In this document: positions 39,716 to 51,560 of the stretch, piece by piece | Position numbering within the stretch: position 1 is the first letter of the stretch | How the letters are laid out: each line of letters begins with the position of its first letter | Source: Octopus vulgaris | Lineage: Eukaryota | Direction of reading: 5' to 3' | Assembly: GCA_951406725.2 (NCBI GenBank) | Contig: OX597815.1 | Span: 164,734,001 to 164,798,000, forward strand | DNA length: 64,000 nt | The notes under the pieces: model-generated | Seen by the model: the letters and a program-made list of their open reading frames with translations, nothing else | Databases searched by the model: none | What the model was told of the DNA's origin: nothing | Translations under genes and position numbers: made by a program

Positions 39716-41044
39716 GTCCTTTATTCCACATTAAAATACAAATCCAAAACCAAAGAAAACACAATCATGAGCAGAAATAAAAAATTAATATCAATTCAAC
39801 CATAAGTACACCACAAAGCTCAATGGAACCTATTGAAGCAAGTGAAGAAACTCGTGGCATTACCACAGGTGATGGCAAGGCTAAGGCAATGGATCAGCCT
39901 AAAATATCTATTTTCAGAACATGATCAACTGTTGGAGCACTTACAGCCAAAATGCCTTTGACAAATTTTGCATTTATCTTGAGAGATTATGAGTGATAAG
40001 GTTTAAAACTTATCCAGTGTTAAGAAGTTGTCCTGCAACATGGTAAGCCTGAGGTGAGCAGGCCTTGCTGTTCATATAGATGATGAAAGAATTCCAGTGA
40101 TTATTCTCTGAAGAACTATATTCTAGGAAAATTCCCCGAGTTCTTTTGCCGAACTGCCAAGCTATAGGAACGTAAACACACCAACACCGGTTGTCAAGCA
40201 GTGGTGAGGGACAAACAGTCAAATACACGCACACAGATATGTGTGTTAAACTATACTTTAGAGCGTGCTGCTTCTTTCAGATTTACGTTTTTTACAGACT
40301 ATATATATATATATATACACACGCACACACAACAGGCTTCTTTCAGTTTCTGACAACCAAATCCCTAACAAGGCTTTGGTTGACCTGAGGCTATATAGTA
40401 TAAGATGTTTGCCCAAGCTACCATACAGTGGAACTGAGCCCGAAACCATGTGGATGGGAAAGAAGCTTCTTACCACACAGCCACAAGAAGAGATATTTAT
40501 ATAATATTTACTGTAAATGCTACAAATCATTAGCTGGGCTAAAAAGTCGTCTGCATTTTGAAACTCATTGATAAAGCAATGATCAAGCCTGAGGCAATTT
40601 CCACCGTATGTGTTGTGTGTGAAATCAGAGATGTGTTAACCAGACACCTTATACAGATGACCATGTAAGCCACATTCCACAGAGTAAAAGACATTTGTCT
40701 AAGATGTAAACCAATGGGATCAAACTAGGGGGCTTCATGATTGCGAACCGAATTTCTGAATGTAAGGGAAATAACTCTCCACAATTTCAACATTTTGGTT
40801 AGTTTTTGAGATTTGGAAACGAGAAAGAGAAAGGTTTGAAACATTGATAAACAAAGAGGTGAGCTTGTTCCACATAGAGAAAGGAAATAAGGAGAGAACA
40901 TATACGGTATACTAAATGCTAACAGTTCAAACCGACTGTGGGAACTCGGTGAAGGACTTCATATGTCATATATGCACATGGGTTGCTAGCAGTAAGACTA
41001 CCCAAGAAATGAAGTTTTAATTGCTCAGAAAACTCGTTAGAATT

Positions 41045-41460
41045 ATTTAGCAATTTTATCGCTAGTAGATGTGGGTGTTTGCAAAAGCATTGTAGCCAAA
41101 GTGAGAGTGGGGTTGATAAGATTCAGGAAATTATTACCTCTGTTGATAACAAAGTTCTTTCTACGAATGTAAATGCTTGTGTGCGAAGTACGGTATCGTA
41201 TGGTAGCAAGATATGAGAGTAAAATATGGAGATGTGAAAGCGGCAAAGAAATTATGTGAGCATACTCTGCTGGACGCGTGATTTCAGGATTCATGAACAG
41301 CGGATCGCATGTGTGCTGGGATAAAAGCTGGAGCATTAGAAATATCAATCAGCTGCAATGAACTGGAGAGAAAAACTGCGTTGATACGTGCTTGTGATGC
41401 ATATGAAGAATGATAGTCGGATAAAACGAAACAAATGGAGGGAAACTGTGGAAGAGAGAG
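41045..41460 (+). mobile_element. old RTE LINE fragment
   Basis: KSIVAKVRVGLIRFRKLLPLLITK...ACVRSTVSYGSK, RTE C-terminal region, heavily decayed. Confidence 0.65.
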
Positions 41461-41729
41461 CCCGAAGAAAGGATCAAGTTAAATTTCTTCCAACCACTTG
41501 AAGTTATTCAAATTTTCACCAGATTTTTTTTTTTTTTCAAAATGCTGCTGATAAAAATTGCATTGGGTTTTTTTTATTAATACATTAAAAAATAATGATA
41601 ATTTGGTGAAAAGTTGAAAATTTTTAACGGGTTGGAAGAAATTTAACAAGATTCCGAAGAAGTTGAAAGTAGAAATGTGAAGCCTCATCTCAGGGTGCTA
41701 TGTCTAACTGGAGGGGAAAATGAACCACG

Positions 41730-42815
41730 GCAAGTGGATAGATGCCGTCTTCAAGCGTATCCGTCTAACTAATGCTGCAAAAAAAAAAAAACAGTCGTAA
41801 GAGTGGTAATGGTATCAAAGATGAATTTACCACAGTAGACTAAAGCTTTCAAAAGATAAAGGGGGGAAACTGCTAAGGGCGTATTATAAATGAAAGAAGG
41901 ATGCTGGTGTTTTCTGGATAAGAGTAACGTTTGTGTTTTCTTGCAGTTGAAAGAAACAAGGTGGCGGTTTCTATTGCGGGCGTTATGTCCCAGCATTCCC
42001 TTTTGGTCTATAATCTCTTGAGGCGCAAACGTACACACCCTAGATAGGCTTAGGAAGAACCTAATTCTCACGCTTAACACTGTGTGCCTTAAGATTACAA
42101 CTGTAACCAATCTTATTGTAGTTAACATTTTAGATGTTACTTTAGACTTGATTACCTGTTAAAAAGATTTCAGTGAACACACCTAAACTCTGCACAAAGG
42201 TAGGAGATGTTCATGAAGGATTAATGCTGAGTGCCCACTGGGAGGTCGATGCAACTCCGAGGCTGTGGTCTACATAGCTAAGGTGATGTCCGATAGTAAC
42301 AGCAGCGATAGCAGCAACACCAACAACGTGCTCAGCGGTAACGGCAACAGCAGCAGCTGCTACAAGCCTCCGACTGTAACAGCAACAACGGTAGTGATAG
42401 CGGCGGCAACAGCACCAACATCGCGTCCGGCAGTAGCAATAACTATGGCAACGATAGCAACAGCAACCACCAATAGCGCAAGGACACACACGAGGATGTG
42501 TTGGGACAACAGAGAGCCCCTTCAAGTGACATCTAAATAAGCGCTAGTCCTCTTTCAGGGTCCTAGAGAAACGCAACGTTACGTCCTTGGTTAGCGATGT
42601 ATGGCACTTAAAAGAAAAGAAGACGCCATACAGTATTAAATGGAAGCTCCTAGAACAACCTGGACCATCTCTGAACGGGAACAGACGATGTAAACTTTGC
42701 TTGGCCGAGAGAGAAAGGATCTTGAAGAACTCGCTTGACCATGGACCTTCTTAAACTCCAAGACTGAGATGTTTAGTCGGTACCTTTATCAGAGGAAATT
42801 CATGTTGAAAACATA
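41730..42815 (+). mobile_element. degenerate Penelope-like retroelement (RT plus C-terminal GIY-YIG endonuclease)
   Basis: RT motif LKITTVTNLIVVNILDVTLDL near 42088. Endonuclease CVGTTESPFK*HLNKR*SSFR..TSLVSDVWHLKEK..YSIKWKLL..RRCKLCLAE..LNSKTEMFSR at 42497-42810. 5' boundary approximate. Confidence 0.8.
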
Positions 42816-43879
42816 GAATTCCTGGTCGCTGACTTGCGAACGGAATTTGTACATATACAGTCCTTTTACGGGTGCAAATGGAATCCTTCAAAGGGAGATA
42901 ACTCCATATTGTCTAGTAGGGATTCGCTCAATGGCATTTGGTTTTTTATTTTTTATTTTTTTTTTATTTCATAACCCTGACTAAACAAGACTGTATTGCT
43001 ATCTCCAGTAGTAGAGAGTTTATGAGCCTCCGGTCAGCAGGTTTGTCGAGTCACTTACACAGCAAAAAGCATTATAGGTGCGAAACCAATGACAATTCCC
43101 AGACTGATTTTATTGTGGCTCGATTTTTACTCCATTGTGACCTTCAAGAGATGTCATGAAAATGCGTGGAAAAGAATTTCTGTTCAAATAAATTATGTAC
43201 TCTAAACGTACCTAGTACTCTCTATGTAGAACATAGGAATATGTGTGTTTGTATCCGAGATATGCCAGGAAGTTTATGACCAAGGATCGAACCTGAATCT
43301 TCACGCTCGTTTCCTTTGTCTTCGGTTTGTGCTTTTAAAATCCGTTTGTTTTAGCCTGTTAAACTTGCTGGTGAGGTGAATGCTGATAAGCTCATTCAAC
43401 TCTAATTCTAATGACTTAGTTCAGCTTCAACACTGATATATATTTGCGATACCTATAAAAACATTCAGTTACTTCTGTAACTTTTACAGTTTGCTTCTGC
43501 CAGTTAGAACACAGTTTTGCTGTCATCTAGTATTCCTCCTCCCAACACTCTCTCTATCTCTCTCCAATATTTTTTGTACGAGCATCGGTCTCTTCACTAT
43601 CTTCCTTTCACAAACTTAGTGTATACTATAAGGACTGGACAAGAGATTTTCGATGTGAACAAACATCCACAATATAAAGTTTTTCGTTCTTTTCCAACTT
43701 GTTGCAGTTGTGTAATTAGGTAACAACTGAATAAAACCAGTAATAAGTATAGATTATCTCTCACCAGTTCATTCCAGTATATGTAGAAATTATCCAATTG
43801 TTATACTACATTTGTTACATCTGATGTGCTACATCTGGCCACCCCTTTTATTTTGCACTCAATGACGACATAGTAAAAC

Positions 43880-45030
43880 TCTATTCTCCGCAAGTATCCA
43901 GACATCGCCCGTCCATTGTTTCGAGGTAAAGTAATCAAATACAATGCAATCCGTCATATTGAAACCCATGTTCACCTAATTGCTGTCAGATCATGAAAAC
44001 TCCCTCCGGGTCGTCGACCCTTGGAATTATTCGCCTATCCAGCAACAACAGGTCATAATCGTCACTATATTTAATCCTGAAGAAAACAGTGGACAATTGG
44101 TTCCCTTGCTAGGACTATCGTGTACTCAACAATCACACTGTGCTCTATACATACCAAATCCCTCACTTGCTGCATAGGACTTGTATATTTTCGAACATCG
44201 ATCTTGTGAGGGTATATAACCAAATCCCCGTCGAACCTGTAGATATTCCAAAAACTGCAATCACAACACCTTTCGAATTGCTCGAATTCCTGCAGATCCC
44301 TTTTGGCTTATGTAACACAGTAAAGGCATTCAAGCGTTTCATCAATAGTGGCACTGGTTTACCTTTTGTCTATGGACACATTAATGTTTTACTGGTAGCA
44401 AGTTCTAAAGAATCCAAAAAGTACCTGCATTTACTTTCCGAACATTTTAACGGGATATTGCATTGTTATTAACCCCACCAAATATATATTTGGTGTTACG
44501 TTTTGTTACGATAAAGAACACTGAAATCTGTTTTGAACTTTTGTTAAAAAATATATTAATTTTTATCGTAAACAAACAAAAAAATGTCATTACTTCAAAC
44601 AACAAACACCGAGATTGTTCAAAGCGTATTGTTCTTGAATCATGGATCTTTTGACACATTCTACCAGTATACGAAGTTTCAAATTGTTTAGTTAACTAGG
44701 AAAATCTGGTCTTCAAAATGAAAAGATCCACCATGCATCTGATGTCGGAGTAGGCGTGAACCAGAAGTTCGTTAATGGCGTTTGACAACCGTTATCCTTC
44801 TTCTTCAGGTGATTGAAACCTGCAGAATCTAAATAAAGCGTTTTCGAGCAGGAATTATTGGCCATATACCTTGATTGCTTGTCAAATATTTTCGATATAT
44901 ATGTTTGTACGTTCTGTTTTCGCTATGTATATGAATCAAAGACCACTCGTACGTGCGTTGAACACAAAAGCTGATGGCTTCTCACTTAGAGAAGTTCGAC
45001 AAATTGATTTTATATCCCAGTATACCACGG
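43880..45030 (+). mobile_element. degenerate Ty3/Gypsy pol fragments (RT, RNase H)
   Basis: [45 protein letters not shown]; RNase H ASDVGVG..QPLSFF..EQELLAI..RQIDFISQY. Interrupted near 44460-44710. Confidence 0.85.
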
Positions 45031-45416
45031 TCACATTGCGTTTTCTCACACATAACTGAACACATTAGCATACCACTTGTTTACTCACACACACACACAC
45101 ACACATACATATACATCTGCACACACGCGCGCGCGCACAACTATACTTGTGTGTGCGTATATATGTGTATATGTATGGAACCTTAACTGTTCTTTTACGC
45201 GCAGGCATGGGAGTACGTTAAGACAGTCGCTTCTTAACTACAGTCCCGAGCCGACCCAAGCATTGTGAGTGGATTTGGTAGAAAGAAACTGAAAGAAGCG
45301 AGACGAGTACCAAGTGACAGATTCGATAATTGCTGAGAATTCTCTCGGCATGAAACCAATGGTAGCTTTATTAACCCACAAGTATATATATGTGTGTGTG
45401 TATGTGTGTATATATG

Positions 45417-45457
<41 letters not shown>

Positions 45458-45461
45458 ATAT

Positions 45462-45501
<40 letters not shown>

Positions 45502-46666
45502 TAGATACGTATGTTTATGTTTGTCCTCCACCACTGCTTGACAACCGGTGCTGGCTTGTTTACATCCGTGTAACTTAGCGGTTCAGCAAAAGAAACTGAT
45601 AGAATAAGTACCAGGCTTAAAAAGTGTTCTGGGGTTGTTTTATTCGACTAAACCCTTCAATGTAGTACTTCTGTATGGGTGCAGTTCAATAACAAACAAA
45701 AGATAATGTATATATTAGGGTGATGCAAAAAAAGGAGCCAAAAAAATTTTTTTTTTCAATTTTCAGGGAGACACCCTCCTATTTTATTCATATTCCTAAG
45801 AAAGCATTGTATGCGAAATTTGGGGTTGAAAAAGAGAAAATTAGAAGTTACTACCAAGCTTTAAAAATAAATGTAAATCAGTTTGTGCTCAAAAATATTG
45901 TTTTGCAGATATTTTCTCCGGAACCGGTTTGATATGTATCAAGTTAAACTAGTTTTTAAAATAAACACCACATTTTAGACAATAGTACGTATTGCGGTAT
46001 AGCGTATTGTGAGTTAACTTTTTCATGTGGAAGTTTTCCCAGTAGACACATCATAACTACTTATGTAAGTTATTTTTGTTTTTTGTGAAGTAAGAGTAAT
46101 GTTTTCTTGTTTTTGTTAGTGAGTGATGACCTGTAACTTTTAACAATTTTAAGAAGGTATTGTTTCTGCTCTTCATCATTGGTTATCAGTTTGTTGTATT
46201 CCTCCATCAGTCGTACACCTCTTTCCACAATGTCGTTTACCACTTTGAGTCCATATGCGATATCTCTTGCATTCGCATAACTCTCATCATCATTCAATTC
46301 TTTAGCATTTTGTTTTTCAAGAAAAGTGCAAGTTACCTCTAGGATTTCAAAGAATCTTTTTGTGTTGGCAGTAACGAAATCCTGCAGTTGTTTCTGTCCA
46401 GCTGATTCAGGATTTATTGATGCTCGTTTGCTCGGTTTTCAGTCAACCGGTTTCTGCAGAACGTGCTTCATTTTGTTTTTTGTCTCATGCGAAACAAAAA
46501 ATTAAAAAATGCAAGCACTACAAGCTCCTCAGAGAGGTACCACAAATGCCTCAAAAACTTACTGAGTGTAGCACTTGCAATTTTGTCATCCTTTTGCTTG
46601 TAGAGCTGCAGACTTTGCACAAAATGCAAATCTGAACAGGGGCGGGGGCGCACGCGGGTATGGATG

Positions 46667-48234
46667 TGTAGCGTACCCTTAGTGAAATCTTCTCTCTCAT
46701 ACATATATAACACAAATACGGACGTAGCAGATAACAGCTAACCTTTGGCCACTTGGCCCCTGTTGTGTCCACTACTCTGATTGGTTGGTATTGGCGCAGT
46801 TTGTTTCTTGCTCTATTACGCGCCAATATGCGATCCAACCAATGACAGCCTTCTGATGAGGTCCCGTGACACAGTCTTCTAAATTCTCTGCTGGAGCCCA
46901 TAATTTGCTATAAAAGCTTCAGCGATTCGCCCTATCTCGTCTTTAGTTCTCACCACTGACCACAGAGCACAGCCAGTTCCAGCGACAGACAACACCAGCA
47001 GTATTCAGGACCTCCACCACCGTCACCTCCAATCTTAACGTCGTCTCCATCTCCTTCGCCTTCATCTTATCGACGTCAACAATCGCCCAGGTTTAACTTC
47101 TCACTGTTTGTGAATATTCCACCATGGTTAACAGTAAGCTCAACCTGCAAGAACCTTCTGTACCAAGTAACCCGGCACAGCATAGCAGCCACAACCGCTA
47201 CACGACATGTGTTCAACCGGCTCTGCAATTGGCGCCTCAACCTCATTGTTACAGAACTACTACTATTGCGTTCATTACTACGAACTGGTATTTATCTTCA
47301 TTGTGCCTGAACTTCTAGCGTCCTATTATAGACTTTCTATGCTCTGTACTTTATCTCCCACGCATACAGCCTTGTTTGTACACACATACACATTATTGTA
47401 TGCTTGACGGCCTGTCTTATTGTTCTTATATATATATATACTTATGACGCGCACACACAGACACACTCTGCTAGCACACATATACGTTATTGTATGCATG
47501 ACGGCCTGTCTATTATTATGTATATACTTATGTTGCTCTCACAGACATACACTCTGATAACATATATACACTTTAAGTACGCTTGGCGGCCTGTCTATTA
47601 TTGTTCTTATGTACCTATATCGCACTCACGGACATACACTCTGCTAACATCTAAATAAACCTTTCTCTAAACATTCTACGGTTGTGTCGTCTTCAGATCT
47701 TTTCGGTTTGAACGGCAGTTTTTTTAAAATAATTTTCCACGTAACTAAACACTTTTAAACTTCGTATACTGGTAGAATGTGTTTATAAAACATCTTTTTC
47801 TCTTGGCTTTATTGAGAAAATTCTATGGTTTGTAAGATATTTGTTGTTTTTTTTTCTTCAATTTCTGCAATTTCAACCAATCAATGACGTCTATTGAGTT
47901 GAAAACATTCTGTGCCGTATGAAAATGTCCCTCGTTTAAGAAACAAATTGGGTTTATTTACATTTTTGAAGAAAAAAAGATACCCTTCCCCCACCCCTAA
48001 CCCTAAAATAGATTGAAATGCAATAGATCGATACTAGGGTCATAATTATGGGTGACAATTTCATATGACACCGCTAGAAAAAAACTGCCGTTCAAACCGA
48101 AAAGATCCTCGTCTTCATTCATTCTGGCACTCATATTCATTTATCCATATTTTGTCTTTTATTGTAAGGCGACCGCGCGGTGTTTAAAGGAGTCATTCAT
48201 TCGTCACCATCTCCTTTCTTACGGTCGTTCTACA
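46667..48234 (+). mobile_element. solo LTR inserted in the transposase
   Basis: gatg|TGTAG...CTACA|gatg (TG..CA ends, 4-bp TSD). CCAAT boxes at 46823 and 46839, TATAAAA at 46909, AATAAA at 47654. Confidence 0.88.
47696..48108. mobile_element. MITE (Merlin-like by TSD length and ends) inserted in the solo LTR
   Basis: TIR GATCTTTTCGGTTTGAACGGCAGTTTTT / AAAAACTGCCGTTCAAACCGAAAAGATC; TSD TCGTCTTC(A) at 47687 and 48109. Confidence 0.88.
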
Positions 48235-48859
48235 GATGCCAGGTACCGCAATTTGATGTATATCGCAGCTGAAAAGCAACAAACATCTCTCAGTCCTTTT
48301 TCCTCTCTCTCAATTAGTTTAAACTGAGATTTAAACATCCAAATTTTAACGCAGTAAATTAGCTTGGCCATCCATCGTGCTCTGTGATAAGCTCCGGATG
48401 CTTTAAAGCTGTTTCTTGACTTGGCAGTACTACCGAGGAAAATGAGCGTTAGGTCGAGCAATTCCCTGTAGTCATCGCGAGGTTGCTGTTCATCAAACAG
48501 AGCTTGAGAAAATTGAATGATTTCTTCAGCATCTGAGATTTTCTCTGCAATGTTAGGGGGTAATCTATTACTGTTTGGTAATTGTTCTTGTCAATTTCCA
48601 CTCACTTTGCTTTGAATCTCTTAAACAGTTGTATGTCAGGGCCAGCGGGACATTGCAAGGAGGAAGAAAATGTACAATAAATACAAACTGAAAAATAACA
48701 ATATACAAAATGTTCATTGGATGGTAAGCAATCTCTAAAAAGTCTTCAATTGTCCTGAAATTTTGCATGTTGAGTGTTTGCACTAAAATAAAATTAGAAG
48801 GTGTCTTCAAGTTTTTGAAATGATAAATTATTTTGCATCACCTTAATATACGTATACAT

Positions 48860-48898
<39 letters not shown>

Positions 48899-50215
48899 AT
48901 ATATATATGTGTGTGTGTGCGCGTTTGTGTGTAAAACGAATGTAAATGTTTATATATCAAATGTTTTGTGGCCGATGCAGACAAAAATATGAAATGTCAC
49001 TAAGCAGGTTCACATAAGATTATACACTTTAGAATCAACAAGAAATACGCGCACACGCACGCACACACACACACACAAAGATAAGTTTCCTTTTGTTGCC
49101 CCCCCCCCCCTTTATTTCTAAGTTTCATCAGTAGCTTGACATAAATGCACACATGTGATTGTAATAAGATAGCATCAGAAACAGTGGGAATCATAAAATG
49201 GGATATTCTTCAGTAACAACATAAGTAATTCGAAGGTATATTCATTTATTTCATGACCCCTGGAGGACTGGTAGTGTTGCATTATCCAGGAATGCACCAG
49301 TGCTTTCTCTGCTGGAGTCACCTATGCATTAACTAATATATAGGGGTGAAGGTGGGTCACAACGAGGAGTTTTTACTGCTACATAGATACAGATAGATTT
49401 GACTTTGAGAAGAAATATTTTTTACGATTGTTCACAGCCTGACAAAATTTATATCAGATAAGCAAATAACCTTCTCTAAATGCAGTAAAAACTTGATAAC
49501 ATAATCTGAACCCTATTTCAGAAAATTATCACCGGTTTCTTAGAGCATATAAAAGATGGTAAAATGTGTTAGCCAAGATAAGGTAAATTTGCTTCTTTAA
49601 TTCTCCAGAATTACATTTGAAAACAGATTCATACACATCAATATCCACTCTTAGACATCAGAAATGCAACAAAAATTCAAAATATGTCAAATGAAAGAGG
49701 CTCGTGGAAAAATGGCATATGATTTGAAATTAACGAAATTCGACTAAGAAAAAAAAAAACTCAACATAAAATATTCTCTATAGCTTCAGGATCTGCTAGA
49801 GTGGCCTTCCCGATATATTTACACACCATGCAGTAAAAGAGAAGAAATTATTGAAATTAGTCATGACTCATTTTACTCCATCTCAGGCATCATTATTTGA
49901 AAATTGAAGATGATCAAATTAGACATTAGCGTGGGGAAAATTGACTTGGAATCCAACGGAGAAAGGAATATTGATTGTTAAACACCAACAATTATCTCGA
50001 TAATTTATTTATTAGCAGCCTCAATTACAATCGGGTCACAGTTGAGGAAAATTTTCTTGAAAGAAAAAAAAAGTACCTGTCCCCTGATAATGTTCCAAAC
50101 TCTCTCAACTTCAACAACTTTGCTGACCAATTTTTACCCCTAAAGATGATGCAACAATACAAAATGATGATGCAATACTAAAAATGTAATAATTTCAAAG
50201 ACGGGGAAAAATAAC

Positions 50216-50264
50216 AAGAAATCAGAAATTATTCATTTTACCCCGGTTACTAATTTTGCTCCCC

Positions 50265-50301
<37 letters not shown>

Positions 50302-50349
50302 AGTGGAGCAAAATTAACCGTGGTAAAATGAGTCAATTTCTGATTTCTT
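50216..50349. repeat. about 52-bp inverted repeats enclosing (TA)n
   Basis: AAGAAATCAGAAATT..CATTTTACC.CGGTTA..TTTTGCTCC (TA)n GGAGCAAAATTAACCG.GGTAAAATG..AATTTCTGATTTCTT. Confidence 0.85.
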
Positions 50350-50350
50350 A

Positions 50351-50405
<55 letters not shown>

Positions 50406-51099
50406 TACACACAGAGCGTATATTCAAGACATTAAAAGTAAGGATGGAGAATTATACATCCTCGAAACTTGTTTATTACAGTACTATACATTCACTTTAA
50501 ATCGCTGTCCGACACGTGTTTCCTTTACATAAGATATACGGAGAGTATTGACGTCATAAGAATTGCATAAATTTTCGAGAGAACGTGAAGGAGTAATAAT
50601 GAAAATAATAAAAATTGTTGTATACAGTGCTCAGGAGTACTACAACTCATCAGAAAAATAATAATTCTTTTTCTCAATAGTGGATAACCACCAGCGCTTT
50701 ATAGGTGCGATGGTCCTTATAAAGGACCGGGCATAACAATTTTAGAGTGTGCTTCTTTTAAAGACGTATAAGCTACTGACGATATATATATATATCCACA
50801 CGCATACCTATAGACAGATATAAATTTTTGAGAGACCGTGAAATAATTCTTTTTCAGAATTGTGGATCTCCACTGTTGAAATATATACATACACATACGC
50901 TATATGTTCAGAGAGCGACTGAGAGAGAGAGAGAATAAGATGTACGTATGTGCTTATGTGAACGCATAAACATGTATGCAGACACTAATGTATTTTGACT
51001 ACCGAGTCTTAATAAAGAGGCAAAAGAAGATTTGAGAAAATAAAAAAAGGGTTGAGTTGCAGTGTCACAATGATTTCTGCTGCAAAGTGAGCACATGTT

Positions 51100-51560
51100 C
51101 TGAAAAACCATTAGTGATGTGTAACACTGTAAGACGCGAGTTACTGCGCCTCCGTTGCGTACCACATGAAAAGTGTTACTTAGTACTCCCGTTCTCGTCT
51201 AATTGTACAATCTCTTCGATCAACGATTCGGCTGACGCCCGGTACCTCAAAAATTAGCAGCAGCAACAAGCTGCTACTTCTACTACTTCTACTACCACTG
51301 CTGCAGTCACATCTGGATAACTGTAGTTAGTAGTAGTAGCATAACATGCTTTTGTAGTCAAGACCGGACATTTACCATCACATGGCAAATGCATTGAAAC
51401 AAAAGCGATATACGCAACAGTAATTAGTGTAGAAACTCACCTAGATACTAGAAAGAAAGAAAAAGAAAAACTTTCATATCTGTTTTGTGTTTCTTTCCCC
51501 CCACTCTTGTCTCTAATTGATAAAATTCATCCTCGTCATTCGGATTTGTGTCGCGACAAG
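51100..51560 (+). promoter_or_regulatory. probable promoter and non-coding first exon of the downstream gene
   Basis: CpG-rich unique sequence ending in a good donor GACAAG|gtacgt at 51560/51561, with no long ORF. Start coordinate approximate. Confidence 0.45.

Larger units (their letters stand above)
45716..48845 (-). mobile_element. degenerate cut-and-paste DNA transposon (hATm-like), transposase on minus strand
   Basis: TIRs TAGGGTGATGCAAAA / TTTTGCATCACCTTA. Transposase motifs RDDYRELLDLTLIFLG, GAYHRARWMAKLIY, HLWYLSEELV and LKVVNDIVERGVRLMEEYN. The superfamily call is from memory and the TSD is obscured by (TA)n flanks. Confidence 0.75.

Noticed and set aside
42265-42540. Ser/Thr/Asn-rich ORF as a host gene
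   Set aside because: Low-complexity triplet expansion inside the Penelope-like relic; no splice signals.
45238-45541. ORFs rich in YI, HT, CV or RE dipeptides (also near 8000, 32000 and 53200)
   Set aside because: Translations of (TA)n, (CA)n and (GA)n microsatellites.
46853-46875. CTGATGA hammerhead core in the LTR (also 27225 and minus-strand 27642)
   Set aside because: No correctly placed GAAA with closing stems II and III.
47995-48006. telomere-like (CCCTAA)2
   Set aside because: Only two units, internal to a MITE.
43880-48234. Gypsy pol fragments and the nearby LTR as a single element
   Set aside because: The LTR has its own TSD inside a different transposon and looks much younger than the pol relic.
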